Assembly: GCA_030615175.1 (NCBI GenBank)
Contig: JAUWZX010000001.1
Span: forward strand, 62,566 to 126,565
From: Candidatus Parvarchaeota archaeon
GTDB lineage: Archaea; Nanobdellota; Nanobdellia; WJKC01
Direction: 5' to 3'
Length of the DNA: 64,000 nucleotides
In this document: positions 49,639 through 60,800 of the stretch, piece after piece
How the letters are laid out: every line of letters begins with the position of its first letter
How positions within the stretch are numbered: the first letter of the stretch is position 1
Position numbers and translations under genes: made by a program
Notes under the pieces: generated by a model
Seen by the model: the letters and a program-made list of their open reading frames with translations, nothing else
Databases searched by the model: none
Told to the model about the DNA's origin: nothing

Positions 49639-52374
49639 TTATACTTTTTCCTTAGCAAACCAATTTAATTCTTTATGAAAGAATCTTGGTAAAATGAACA
49701 AGCCCCCTGAAGCGAAGAGGAAGACTAATCCTAACTCAATAATGCTTAAAGAAACTGTTTTAAATAAGAATTGGAATAAAGGCAAATAAATAAATAATAA
49801 TTGCAAGATTAATGAGGCAATAACTGCAATGGTTAACTTCTTATTAGACAGGAAGTTTTCACGAAAACTCTTGCTCCAAACAGATTTGCTGTCATGCCTG
49901 CAGTTAAAAACAAAGAGTAATTCATAAATAATTGCTGAAGAAATTGCCATTGTCCTCGCTTTTGATAATGCCAGAGCACTGCCAGTAATGAAGTATCCTT
50001 CAAAATTAAGAGCAATAATGAATAAAGTAATTGATGAAATTGCGTCAATGACTCCTGCAATAATAATGAATAAGGCAAGCTCCCTGACAAGACTCTTCTT
50101 AGGATTCCTGGGCTTTCTGCTCATAAGGTCAGGGCTCTTAGAGTCAACGCTTAAAGCAAGGGCTGGAAGCCCGTCAGTAACCAAGTTCATCCATAAAATA
50201 TGAATAGGTAAGTAAGGAAGAGGGAGGCCTACAAGCAATGAAGCAGTGACAACAGCAATTGTGTCAGCATTAGCTGAAAGAAGGAATTTAATGAACTTCT
50301 TAATATTATCAAAAATTCCTCTGCCCTCCTCAACAGCGTTAACAATTGTTGAAAAATTATCATCAGTTAAAATCATTTCAGAAGCTTCCTTAGAAACATC
50401 AGTCCCCTTAATGCCCATTGCAATTCCAATATGAGCTGTCTTTAATGCTGGCGCGTCATTAATGCCGTCGCCAGTAACAGCAACGATTTCGCCCTGGCGC
50501 TTTAACTCTTCAATAATCCTTAATTTATGCTCAGGTGAAACTCTTGCAAAAATTCTGGCAGCCATAACCGTCTTTGTAAAATCCTTATCAGACATTTTAT
50601 CAAGCTCCTCTCCTGACACTGCAACAGCGCCGTCAATGAATAAGCCTAACTGCTTTGCAATTGCAACAGCAGTTAATGCATGGTCTCCAGTTATCATCTT
50701 AACCTTAATGCCTGCCTTGCGGCATAAATTAATAGACTGCCCTGCTTCCTTTCTGGGCGGGTCAATCATGCCAACCAATCCTAAGAAAACTAAATCCTTT
50801 TCAACACGCGCCTGTTCAAACTTCTTAATACCAGAAGGCAGTTTCCTGTAAGCAACTGCTAAAACTCTTAAAGCATGAGAAGCCCATTCCTGATTCTTCT
50901 TTAAGATTTCTTCCCGCTTCTCGGCAGTAAGTTTCTTAATTTTGCCGTTAACCATTATTTTACTGCACAGGTTAAGCATTGTATCAGGAGCGCCTTTAGA
51001 GAATGCTTCTGCGCCAGATTTTGATTTATAAACAACAGACATCCTCTTCCTAACTGAATCAAAACTTAACTCTGATAACTCAGAATAAACACTCTTAAGT
51101 TCATCATGCCATACGCCTGCCTTTGCAGCTAATACCAGCAGGCTCCCTTCAGTTGGGTCGCCAATAACACTCCAAGAATCATCATTCTTGCCAAAATAAG
51201 CATTATTGCATAAAACACCAGTCTTAAACAATAACTCTAATTCCTTAACACTAACAACTTTATTATTTAATTTAAAATCACCTTTTGGTTCATAGCCTGC
51301 ACCAGTCACATCATACTCTTCAGCGCCGTCATAAATTTTAGTAACAGTCATTTCATTCTTAGTTAAAGTCCCTGTCTTGTCTGTGCAGATTACGGTGACA
51401 TTGCCAAGTGTTTGAACAGCAGATAATTTCCTTACAACGGCATTCCTGCGCCCCATTCTCTGCATTCCAATCGCAAGAGTAACTGTTATTACGGCAGGCA
51501 GGCCTTCAGGCACTGCTGAAACAGCCAAACTAACAGCTGTTAAAAACATTTCAGTAGCATCCTTATTAAATAATAATCCTAGCATGAACAGAATGGAAAT
51601 GGCAATAACAACAGAAATTGAAAGCCACTTGCCAAGATCTGAAATCTCTTTTTGAAGAGGAGTAGTCTCGCGCGATTTTGCTTGAACGCTGTGAGCTATC
51701 TTGCCAATTTCAGTCTGCATCCCGGTAGCAGTAACAACGCCCAATCCCTTACCATAAGTCACTAAAGAACCCATGTAAACAATGTTGCTCCTGTCAGCCA
51801 GGGCAAGTTCCTTTAAAATCTTTTCTTCACTCTTAGTGACAGGCACTGACTCGCCAGTCAAGTGAGCCTGGTCAATCTTTAAGTTATGCACTTCAATTAA
51901 CCTGATATTAGCCGGGACCCTGTCACCAGTGTTTAATAAAACAATATCGCCTGGAACTAAATCCCTGCCCCACACAACCATTTCTTTGCCGTCCCTGAAA
52001 ACAACTGCTTTTGGCGCTGCAAGGGATTCCAAGGCCTCCATTGCCTTCTCAGCCTTGTACTCCTGAATAAAACCTAAAACAGCATTTAAGAGCAGAATGA
52101 ACAATATCACTACTGCATCAGTCAATTCATTAATTAAAAAAGAAACAATGAATGCTACAATAAGCATGTAAATCATAATGTTCTTGAACTGGTATAAAAA
52201 AATCTTAAGAGGGGTTAATTCCTTCTTAGTCTTAATTAAGTTATGACCATGAATTTTCAAACGCTTCTTAACTTCATTGCTTGACAGTCCATCCCTGCTC
52301 GTGCTTAAAGCGTTAAGAACATCAGCAACATCATGTTTGTAGGAATCAAGAATCATCTTATCTAAAAGGGTCAT
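49639..52374 (-). CDS. P-type cation-transporting ATPase (P2, Ca2+/cation type)
   Basis: 911 aa. TGES, DKTGTLT phosphorylation site, MITGDH, VTGDGINDAPAL, 10 TM helices and an N-terminal cation_ATPase_N-like segment. Confidence 0.9.
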   Translation of the reverse strand: MTLLDKMILDSYKHDVADVLNALSTSRDGLSSNEVKKRLKIHGHNLIKTKKELTPLKIFLYQFKNIMIYMLIVAFIVSFLINELTDAVVILFILLLNAVLGFIQEYKAEKAMEALESLAAPKAVVFRDGKEMVVWGRDLVPGDIVLLNTGDRVPANIRLIEVHNLKIDQAHLTGESVPVTKSEEKILKELALADRSNIVYMGSLVTYGKGLGVVTATGMQTEIGKIAHSVQAKSRETTPLQKEISDLGKWLSISVVIAISILFMLGLLFNKDATEMFLTAVSLAVSAVPEGLPAVITVTLAIGMQRMGRRNAVVRKLSAVQTLGNVTVICTDKTGTLTKNEMTVTKIYDGAEEYDVTGAGYEPKGDFKLNNKVVSVKELELLFKTGVLCNNAYFGKNDDSWSVIGDPTEGSLLVLAAKAGVWHDELKSVYSELSELSFDSVRKRMSVVYKSKSGAEAFSKGAPDTMLNLCSKIMVNGKIKKLTAEKREEILKKNQEWASHALRVLAVAYRKLPSGIKKFEQARVEKDLVFLGLVGMIDPPRKEAGQSINLCRKAGIKVKMITGDHALTAVAIAKQLGLFIDGAVAVSGEELDKMSDKDFTKTVMAARIFARVSPEHKLRIIEELKRQGEIVAVTGDGINDAPALKTAHIGIAMGIKGTDVSKEASEMILTDDNFSTIVNAVEEGRGIFDNIKKFIKFLLSANADTIAVVTASLLVGLPLPYLPIHILWMNLVTDGLPALALSVDSKSPDLMSRKPRNPKKSLVRELALFIIIAGVIDAISSITLFIIALNFEGYFITGSALALSKARTMAISSAIIYELLFVFNCRHDSKSVWSKSFRENFLSNKKLTIAVIASLILQLLFIYLPLFQFLFKTVSLSIIELGLVFLFASGGLFILPRFFHKELNWFAKEKV

Positions 52375-52426
52375 TTAAAAAGTAAAAGAATTAAATAAAT
52401 AAATAACTTATTACTAATGAATTAAA

Positions 52427-53071
52427 ATGAAATTCATAATTAATGTTTATAAAAGGATTAAGGAAATCATATTAAGACCTGAATCATTTTTTAAAAAGAA
52501 CAAGGATGGCATAGAAGAAATCAGTAAATTCCTGCTTGTAATGCTTATAGTGCCTGCAGTGACTTCAATAATAAGGCAGGCATACTTAAGTTACCAGCTA
52601 AGTATTTTAGAAGGTTACCTGCCTCTTGAAATAACAACCATTGTTCAATACCAATTAAGTAATTTTTCAATAATCACGGCAATTAATGAATACTTTTTAA
52701 GCATAATACTTTACATAATCATTACCTTAATCACTCACTTCTTATGGAGGGTTTTTGGAGGAAGAGGACTCTTAGAAGATAGTTTAAGAGCAGTGATTTA
52801 CGGAAGCACTCCTTATTTATTGTTTGGGTGGGTGCCGCTAGGAGGGACTCTTATCTTTTTATACAGTTTTTACTTGATAATCCTTGGCGGGGCAATTAAT
52901 CATAAGATAAGTAAGTTAAGGTCGCTCATTGCCATAATAATAATTCCTGCAATAATAACTGTCTTATTTTTATTAAACATGGCACGCCTGCCTTTTATTT
53001 ACAGCCAAATCATGCAGATAAGCAGTGCATTAAATGAAAGCCTTATTAATGAATCACTTTTTTATTATTAA
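52427..53071 (+). CDS. Yip1-domain membrane protein
   Basis: 214 aa. Short soluble N-terminus (ILRPESFFKK), then 5 TM helices, which is the Yip1/YIF1-like topology. Confidence 0.45.
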   Translation: MKFIINVYKRIKEIILRPESFFKKNKDGIEEISKFLLVMLIVPAVTSIIRQAYLSYQLSILEGYLPLEITTIVQYQLSNFSIITAINEYFLSIILYIIITLITHFLWRVFGGRGLLEDSLRAVIYGSTPYLLFGWVPLGGTLIFLYSFYLIILGGAINHKISKLRSLIAIIIIPAIITVLFLLNMARLPFIYSQIMQISSALNESLINESLFYY

Positions 53072-53134
53072 ATTGTCTTAACAAATTTTTCTAAGAAAAC
53101 TTAATAAAACCTAAAACGCTTCAGTTAGAAATTG

Positions 53135-53647
53135 ATGAGGGGGCGGCCGAGCAAGTCAAAGATAAGGGAGCGGATTGCTGCAATAATAAACAAGATTGGA
53201 TTAAGTTATGGTTATGAAATTTACAAATTTTACAAAGAAGTTTACGGCGACGTGACTTCAAGAATTATTTACTACCACTTAAAAAAAGGAGCTGAAATAG
53301 GTGAATTCAACATTATCCGCACTAAAAGCGAGTTAGGCCTTTATAGCTGGGGCGCTGAAAGTGAAAGAGTTTACTACGCAATTGGTCCATACGCTGCACT
53401 AAAGGAAGATGGCTTAATTACTGCTTCAAAAATTAATTATGAACCAAGAGAACTTAAGTACGACTGGGAGGAAGAAATACAAAATTATTATAAAAAATTA
53501 AGGGAAAAAGCAAGGAAAGTCAAAGGCAAGGATGCTGGAAGAATAATCAATAAGTGTGATAAATTAATTAGTTGGTGCAGAATGAGATTAAATAATCCTG
53601 AAGAGTATGTTAAAAGAATAGAATCAATTAAAACCAGTCTACACTAA
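53135..53647 (+). CDS. hypothetical protein with PadR-like winged helix
   Basis: About 170 aa. GYEIYKFYKEVYGDVTSRIIYYHLKKGAEIGEF resembles a PadR-type wHTH. Confidence 0.4.
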   Translation: MRGRPSKSKIRERIAAIINKIGLSYGYEIYKFYKEVYGDVTSRIIYYHLKKGAEIGEFNIIRTKSELGLYSWGAESERVYYAIGPYAALKEDGLITASKINYEPRELKYDWEEEIQNYYKKLREKARKVKGKDAGRIINKCDKLISWCRMRLNNPEEYVKRIESIKTSLH

Positions 53648-54739
53648 ACGCTTGAATAGTTTTTTATTAATAGTGTAAGAATAATAAAATAATAATAAGG
53701 TAAGACCAAGCAATGCGAATTCTGTTAATAATGCATTAAGTCCTATTATAAAGTATAAAAATGTTGCTAAAAAGTTAACAACGGCGTGAAGACCAATCCC
53801 AAGGTACAAGTACTTAATATTCTTTAAGGCTTTAAAAACAATAAAAGACAAAGCCACATGAAGCAGGATTGCTATATTCCTCTCAAAAGCGCCTAAAAGC
53901 GAAACGCTGAGAAGCACTGGCTGGTTAAGCAGTATGTAAGAACCAATAGTAAATGCGTATATTAATAATGCTTCAAAAAGGCCCCACCCAAGACCAAACA
54001 TTAAAGGATTCTTCTTAGCTGACTTAATGTGCTTAAGCAATAAATAGCGGATGACTTCTTCAAAAACTCCTGCAAGTAAGGATGATAAAAACAGGATAAT
54101 GATGTAATAAGGTATCTGGTAAATGAATGGGAATATTTGCTGTCTTAAGAATAAAGCAATAAACCAGCCAGCGCAGCCAATCATAAAGGCAGTCCAATAC
54201 TTCTTCTTAAAACGCGCAAAGTAAAAACTAATAATTAATACAGGGATAATGCTTAATAAAACACTAATCCATGAAAGGCTTGAATCAATGATTGGAATAA
54301 CAAACCCTTCATCAAGACATCTGGGAAATAATTCCTCTAATGAATCATTTAAAAGACTATAAGTATGACAACACCCGCCAAGTGAAATCAAATCAATATT
54401 ATCCTCTGACAAGTTAATAATTGAATTATTAACAAACCATGACAACTCAGTCCTTAATACTCCCTCCCAATTAATGCTGTCAACAGCCACGCCCTTATCA
54501 GACAGTACTGAAAATTCTAAAGACTGATTAGTAATCCTTAAGCCAAGATTAGAATCATTTAACGCTATTAAATAAACATAATTATTATCATAATAATTAT
54601 AGCGGGCGCTGGTTAGTAAGCCAGTCTGCAAATAATATAATGAAACATTAAGACTAGTTATTTGAACTCCATTAACAATGCAGGCAAGGCATGGAGAAAA
54701 AAGGAAAGTAATTAATAACAATAATAAAAATTTTTTCAT
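53639..54739 (-). CDS. CPBP/YhfC-type intramembrane metalloprotease with N-terminal extracellular domain
   Basis: 366 aa. Signal peptide, a roughly 150-aa ectodomain, then TM helices carrying GVFEEVIRYLL (EExxxR), FERNIAILLH and GLHAVVNF motifs. Confidence 0.65.
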   Translation of the reverse strand: MKKFLLLLLITFLFSPCLACIVNGVQITSLNVSLYYLQTGLLTSARYNYYDNNYVYLIALNDSNLGLRITNQSLEFSVLSDKGVAVDSINWEGVLRTELSWFVNNSIINLSEDNIDLISLGGCCHTYSLLNDSLEELFPRCLDEGFVIPIIDSSLSWISVLLSIIPVLIISFYFARFKKKYWTAFMIGCAGWFIALFLRQQIFPFIYQIPYYIIILFLSSLLAGVFEEVIRYLLLKHIKSAKKNPLMFGLGWGLFEALLIYAFTIGSYILLNQPVLLSVSLLGAFERNIAILLHVALSFIVFKALKNIKYLYLGIGLHAVVNFLATFLYFIIGLNALLTEFALLGLTLLLFYYSYTINKKLFKRLV

Positions 54740-54791
54740 TTAAAAAAATAAAAGAACTTCCCATTTATAAGTTTTCCAAAAAACTCTCTGA

Positions 54792-55079
54792 CCCCCTCAC
54801 TTCATATGGAAAAATTAATAAAATGGTTTAAAAACATTAAATGCCCCTTGACTTCACATGGAACTCATGCCTTGTAAATCAATAGACACCCTATCATTTC
54901 TTGTGGAATAAGCAATATAATAATATATTTATTTTATTATTATATTATTATATTAAATTATTATGAATTATTTACTATATAGAAAAAAATTCTCTTTTTC
55001 AAAAAGAAGCCCAAAACAAGCTTGTTTTCATTTTTAACTAATTCCACATGAAAAATTAACCCTCCATATGAAGTAAGCG
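54792..55079. promoter_or_regulatory. replication origin (oriC): inverted ORB-like boxes flanking an AT-rich unwinding element
   Basis: - Left boxes: CCCCCTCACTTCATATGGAA (54792-54811), CCCCTTGACTTCACATGGAA (54844-54863), CCCTATCATTTCTTGTGGAA (54889-54908).
- About 75 nt of nearly pure A/T (54910-54985).
- Right boxes in inverted orientation: TTCCACATGAA (55042-55054) and TCCATATGAAGT (55063-55079). ACTTCATATGGA has a perfect 12-nt inverse partner.
- The left boxes carry a C(G)-string like full ORBs.
- The region lies immediately upstream of orc1/cdc6. Confidence 0.75.
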
Positions 55080-55140
55080 TGTGATTGTGTTGTCTTTGAA
55101 AAAGAAAACATTATAAGCTTCATTTCCTTTGGATTTTTTT

Positions 55141-56355
55141 ATGAGGGATCAAACTAGTCTTTATGATGTGTTTGAAAGTTTTTTGGATAAAAAATCAATT
55201 TTTATTCAAAAAGAGGCTTTGACCATTGCTTATACTCCTAACGCAATTTTTCATAGAGATGAGCAAGTTAATAATCTTGCCAAGGGTTTGACTCCATGTT
55301 TAAGGCTTGAGCGCCCCTCTAATTTTTTTATTTACGGAAAAACAGGTGTTGGAAAGTCTCTTGTTGTTAGGTATGTTTGCCGTCAGTTAGAATCAATGGC
55401 TATTGAAAAAGAGATTCCTTTAAAAGTAATTTACGTTAATTGTAATATGAAACGCGTTGCAGATACTGAGTATAGATTATTTGCCCGATTAAATCATGAA
55501 GTTGGTAATGAAGTGCCGGCTACTGGTCTGCCGACTAATAAGGTTTATAGAACTTTTTTTGACACTATTGATAATAAGAATCAAATCATTATTTTAATTC
55601 TTGACGAGATTGATAAATTAGTTAAAAAGTGTGGTGGCGCTGTTTTATATAATCTTGCGAGGATTAATGAGGAGTTAAGTAATGCCAAATTATCAATCAT
55701 CGGTATTTCTAATGATGTTACCTTTAAAGAGGATCTTGACCCGCGCGTTAAGAGTAGTTTATCAGAAGAAGAGATAGTTTTCCCTCCTTATAATGCCTTG
55801 CAAATCAAAGACATATTGATTAATAGAGCAGGGGTTGCCTTTATTGAGGGCACTATTTCAGAGGAGTGTATCAGTAAGTGCGCTGCTTATGCTGCGAGGG
55901 AGGATGGTGATGCTAGGCGCGCGCTTGATTTATTAAGGGTTGCTGGGGAGTTAGCAGAGTATGAGGGCAGCGAGCGCATTCTTGAAAAACACATTGATGC
56001 TGCTGAGGAGAAAATGGAGACTGATAACATGTTTGAAGTTGTTAAACACCTGCCTCTTCAGACCAGATTGCTTTTGTATTCTGGCATAATTATTCAATTA
56101 ACAAATAAGCCTCCTTTTTTTACAGGAGATTTATATGGTGTTTATTCAGATATTTGTGATAAGGCTGGCAGCAGGGTTTTAACTCAGAGAAGGATTTCTG
56201 ACTTAATAGGTGAACTTGACATGCTTGGACTTTTTAGTGCTAAAGTCATGAGCAAGGGGCGGTACGGGCGCACTAGGAAGGTAAGGGTTAGTGTTAATAA
56301 TGGTGATATTGAGAAAATAAAGGGGTATTTAGAGAGCAGTATTGGTTTTTCATAA
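55141..56355 (+). CDS. cdc6: Orc1/Cdc6 replication initiator
   Basis: AAA+ motifs GKTGVGKS (Walker A), ILDEID (Walker B), the GDARRALDLL sensor region and a C-terminal winged helix. The ORF track starts at TTG 55129; ATG 55141 is likely. Confidence 0.9.
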   Translation: MRDQTSLYDVFESFLDKKSIFIQKEALTIAYTPNAIFHRDEQVNNLAKGLTPCLRLERPSNFFIYGKTGVGKSLVVRYVCRQLESMAIEKEIPLKVIYVNCNMKRVADTEYRLFARLNHEVGNEVPATGLPTNKVYRTFFDTIDNKNQIIILILDEIDKLVKKCGGAVLYNLARINEELSNAKLSIIGISNDVTFKEDLDPRVKSSLSEEEIVFPPYNALQIKDILINRAGVAFIEGTISEECISKCAAYAAREDGDARRALDLLRVAGELAEYEGSERILEKHIDAAEEKMETDNMFEVVKHLPLQTRLLLYSGIIIQLTNKPPFFTGDLYGVYSDICDKAGSRVLTQRRISDLIGELDMLGLFSAKVMSKGRYGRTRKVRVSVNNGDIEKIKGYLESSIGFS

Positions 56356-56370
56356 AGTTTTTTCCTATTC

Positions 56371-57786
56371 ATGAATGAATTAATTGGTAAATTAGGGGAG
56401 CATGGTTATTTAGCCAGTCCTGAATTAATTAAAAATTTTAATGGAGACATTAACAATTTTTTATTATTCATTAAGGAAAGGTGTCCTAACCATAGCATAA
56501 TTAATCTTGACGTCTTTAATGAGTTTACTTCTTTAAGTGCAAAACCTTTTAATTCTTCTATTAAGATTTTGAAGAGTTATGAATTAACTAATGAGTCTAG
56601 GGATATTAATCACTGGCGTGGTTTTTATAATTCGCGTTATGAGAAATTAAAAAGGCTTCTTAGCGGCAGGCCTGAATTGTCTTCAATCACAAGCATTAAT
56701 CGGGTTAATAGTGTTGCCGGGTTAACTAATTTTTCAGTTATTGGCATGATTAATGAGTTTCATGAGACTGGTAGCGGCAACACAATTATTGAAGTTGAAG
56801 ACCCAACAAGCACTTTGAAGGTAATTGCAAGCAAGAAAGGGTCTGTTATTGATTTAGTTAAGGAGTTGGTTGAGGATGAGGTTGTTGGTCTTAATTTGTC
56901 TAAGAGCGGCAGATGGTTCATCATTAATGATATTGTTTTTCCAGGCATTCCTTCTAAGAGTGTTAAGACTTGTAATGATGATGTTAATGCCGTCTTCATT
57001 AGTGATACTCATATTGGGAGCAAGATTTTCTTGTCTGATGCTTTTCAGAGGTTTATTGACTGGCTTAAGAGCGGGGATGAGTTGGCTGCAAAAACCAAGT
57101 ACTTATTCTTTATTGGTGACTTGGTTGATGGGGTTGGAGTTTATCCTAATCAAGAGGATGAATTAGACATTAAGGATGTTTACAAGCAGTATGAGTTAGT
57201 GTCTGATTACTTGAAGCAGGTTCCAGAGGGCATTAAGATTATTATTTGTCCTGGGAATCATGATGCTTTGAGGATTAGCCTGCCGCAGCATCCTTTAAAT
57301 AATGAGTTTTCAGCGCCGATTAATAAGTTGTCAAATGTGGTGATGGTTTCAAATCCTAGTTACGTTAACATTGGTTATTCCAATTCATTCAGGGGTTATG
57401 ATGTGTTAATGTATCATGGCAATAGTTTTGATTACTTTGTTCATAATGTTCCATTACTCAGGCAGACGGGTTATGAACGTCCTGATTTAATCATGGAGTT
57501 CCTGCTTCGCAAGAGACATTTATGCCCTACTCATGGTTCAACATTGATTGCTCCTTCATTAAGTGATGAGCACTTAATTATTGACCGGGTGCCTGACATT
57601 TTTGCCACAGGCCACATTCACCAGTCGTCAGTTAGTAATTATAAAGGCATTATTACCATGAATACTTCATGCTTTCAAGCGCAGTCAGAGTTCATGAAGC
57701 GTGTTGGAGTTAATCCTAAACCCGGGAAGGTGCCAGTCTTTAATTTTAAGACAAGGAAGACGAGAATCCTTAACTTCATTGACTGA
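56371..57786 (+). CDS. DNA polymerase II (PolD) small subunit DP1
   Basis: 471 aa. OB-fold region plus calcineurin-like phosphoesterase motifs VFISDTHIGS, GDLVDG, PGNHD, GHIH. Confidence 0.9.
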   Translation: MNELIGKLGEHGYLASPELIKNFNGDINNFLLFIKERCPNHSIINLDVFNEFTSLSAKPFNSSIKILKSYELTNESRDINHWRGFYNSRYEKLKRLLSGRPELSSITSINRVNSVAGLTNFSVIGMINEFHETGSGNTIIEVEDPTSTLKVIASKKGSVIDLVKELVEDEVVGLNLSKSGRWFIINDIVFPGIPSKSVKTCNDDVNAVFISDTHIGSKIFLSDAFQRFIDWLKSGDELAAKTKYLFFIGDLVDGVGVYPNQEDELDIKDVYKQYELVSDYLKQVPEGIKIIICPGNHDALRISLPQHPLNNEFSAPINKLSNVVMVSNPSYVNIGYSNSFRGYDVLMYHGNSFDYFVHNVPLLRQTGYERPDLIMEFLLRKRHLCPTHGSTLIAPSLSDEHLIIDRVPDIFATGHIHQSSVSNYKGIITMNTSCFQAQSEFMKRVGVNPKPGKVPVFNFKTRKTRILNFID

Positions 57787-57875
57787 ATTTATTCGCGTCT
57801 TAAGACCGCATCTTATGAGTATTGTTTTACACTTCACTAATCTTTTTTAAGTCATTAATCATCTTTAATGCTTTG

Positions 57876-60800
57876 ATGGACATTAATGATTATTTTAAGT
57901 TGTTGAATAAGAGGGTTGCCCGCGCTTATAAAGTGGCTGAGAAAGCAAGGAGGCTGGGCAAGGATCCTGAATTAAAAGTTGATATATCAGTGGCTAAGAA
58001 TAAGGCAGAGAGGTGTGTTAGCCTGGTGGCTATTGTGGCTCCTGAAATCCTTGATAAAGGAATTCCTGAGGAAATAATTAAGTTGGAGGGCAAGTATGAG
58101 GCTGGCGACTTCAGGGTTGCTTTAACAATTGCTTACAGGACTGCTAAGGAGGAATTCTGTAGTTTTGAATCAAGGACAAAGGCTTTAGCAACCGGCATCA
58201 GATTGGGGCTTGCTTATGCAACTCTTGGCACTGTTTCAGCTCCTTTAGAGGGTTTTATTGAGTTAAAGATTAAGAAAACAGGTGATGGGAAGGATTATCT
58301 TGCTGTTTATTATGCAGGTCCAATAAGGGCTGCTGGAGGAACAGCTGAAGCGGTTTCAGTTTTGATTGCTGATTACTTGCGCCACAAGTTTGGTTATGCT
58401 AAATATGATGTTAAGTTCAGGGAAGTTGAGCGTTACTTATATGAAGTTTCTGATTATAATTCAAGGGTTTCGCGTTTACAGTACTTCCCGACTAAGCAGG
58501 AATTAGAGTTCTTAGTTACTCATATTGGTGTTGAGGTTTCAGGCGACCCGACAACCACTTTTGAGGTTTCTAACTGCAAGGATTTGGAAAGAGTTGAAAC
58601 TAATCAAATCAGGGGAGGGATGTGTCTTGTCTTATGTGAGGGGGTTGCCCAGAAAGCAGGCAAGGTTTATAAGAAACTTGAGAGCTGGGGTGATAATTTT
58701 GACTTCACTGGGTGGTCTTGGGTTAAAGATTTCTTAAAGGTTCAGAAAAGGATTTGGAATAAGAGGGATAAGGGTTTAGCAGGCACTGAGTCAAAACTTT
58801 CTCCTAACTTTAAATTCATTCAGGATGCTGTTGCTGGCAGACCTATTCTTTCTTATCCTCTTACGAGGGGTGGTTTCAGGCTTAGGTATGGCAGGACCAG
58901 GTTCACTGGTCATGAGTGTTTAGGGTTTAATCCAGCCACTATGCGGATTTGTAATAATTTTCTGGCAACAGGCACTCAATTAAAGATTGAATTGCCTGGC
59001 AAGGGCTGCACTGTTACGCCATGCGAGTTCATTGATGGCCCTGTTGTTGAATTAATTGATGGCACAGTGCTTAAACTTAATACTTTTGAGGAAGCGGATA
59101 AAGTTATTAATGAAGTTAAGAGGATTATTTATTTAGGCGACATCTTAGTTAATTACGGCGCTTTTAAGGAGCATGGGCATAAATTAATTCCAAGCCCCTA
59201 TGTTCCTGAGTGGTGGGTTTTAGACTTTAAGAAAGCAGTGAGTAAAGGTTTCAAGTCCCATAATAAGGAGCGTATTAATGAATTAATTAATAATCCTTTT
59301 ACCGTGATTCCTGACTTGGATGAGTCAGTTAAGATTTCCAAGGAGTTTAAGATTCCTCTTCACCCGAGTCATTCATTCTTTTATGACCAGAAAAAAGAGT
59401 ATTTGCTTGATGTTGCTAAGAATTTGTCCATTAAAATGCCTAAGTCCTTTAAAAAACAGTTATCCTTGCTCGGCGTCCCTCATAAAGTTTCAGGCAATTC
59501 ATTAGTCATTGCTGAGCTTGACTATAAGCGCTTGAAGTTAGTTCTTGATAATTACAGGGCAAAAACTAATGATGTGTTCAAGGAATTGTCAGGGAATTCA
59601 GGTCTTAAAATTATGAATACTGCTCCTTTCTTTATTGGCGCGCGCATGGGGCGGCCTGAGAAAGCCAAGCTCAGGGTTTTAAAGGGAAAGCCTCATATGA
59701 TGTTCCCTGTTGGCAGGCAGGGCGGGAGGTACAGGTCTTTTAACGCTGCTTATAATATTGGTTATGTTGAAGGGGATTTCCCTTTAAGGGTTTGCCCTAA
59801 ATGCAGTAATAAAACGGTTTTATCTTTTTGCGAAGAGTGCGGTTCACCAGCTAATAAGTATTATAAGTGCTATAGGTGCGGCAAGGAGGTTTCAATGCCT
59901 GTTCATTGTAATACTAAGTGCGCTTCTTACTCAAAGCGAAGAATTGATATTAAGCATTATATTGATAAAGCGCTTAAGAGTCTTTCAATACAGATGCCTC
60001 CTCTTGTTAAGGGTGTTAGGGGCACGAGCAATAAAACTCATGTTCCTGAGTCATTAGAGAAGGGCATATTAAGGGCTAAGCATGGTATTTACGTGAATAA
60101 GGATGCAACTATCAGGCTTGACTTCACTGAACTTTCATTAACTCATTTTAAACCTAAGGAGATTGGAGTAAGTATTGAAAGATTAATAGAGCTTGGTTAC
60201 ACAACTGATATTCATGGCAATGAATTAAAAGGTGATGACCAGGTTCTTGAAATAATCCCTCAGGACGTGATTATTAGTGAATGCAGCGAGTTCCCTGGCG
60301 CTGACATGACTGTGCACTTAATTAATATTGCTAATTTTGTTGATGAATTATTAGTTAAGTTTTATCATTTAAAACCTTATTACAGTGTTAAATCCAAGTC
60401 TGACTTGATTGGTAAATTGATTGTTTGCCTGGCTCCTCATACCAGTGCAGGGGTGATTGGCAGGATTATTGGTTTTTCTAAAATTCAAGCATTAATTGCT
60501 CATCCTTACCTGCATGCCGGGTGTCGCAGGGATGCTGATGGTGATGAATTAGGAATTATTTTATTAATGGATGCCTTGCTTAATTTCTCAAGGCAGTATC
60601 TTCCTGATAAGCGCGGCGGGAGGACAATGGATGCTCCTCTTGTTTTAACAACTAATCTTAATCCTTTGGAAGTTGATGATGAGGTTTATGATTTTGACCG
60701 GTCTTGGGTTTATCCTTTAAGTTTTTATAAGGCAACTCTTAAGTATAAAGATCCTTGGAGTATTAAATCAATTAAGCGTGTTGAAGATTTTTTAGGCAAG

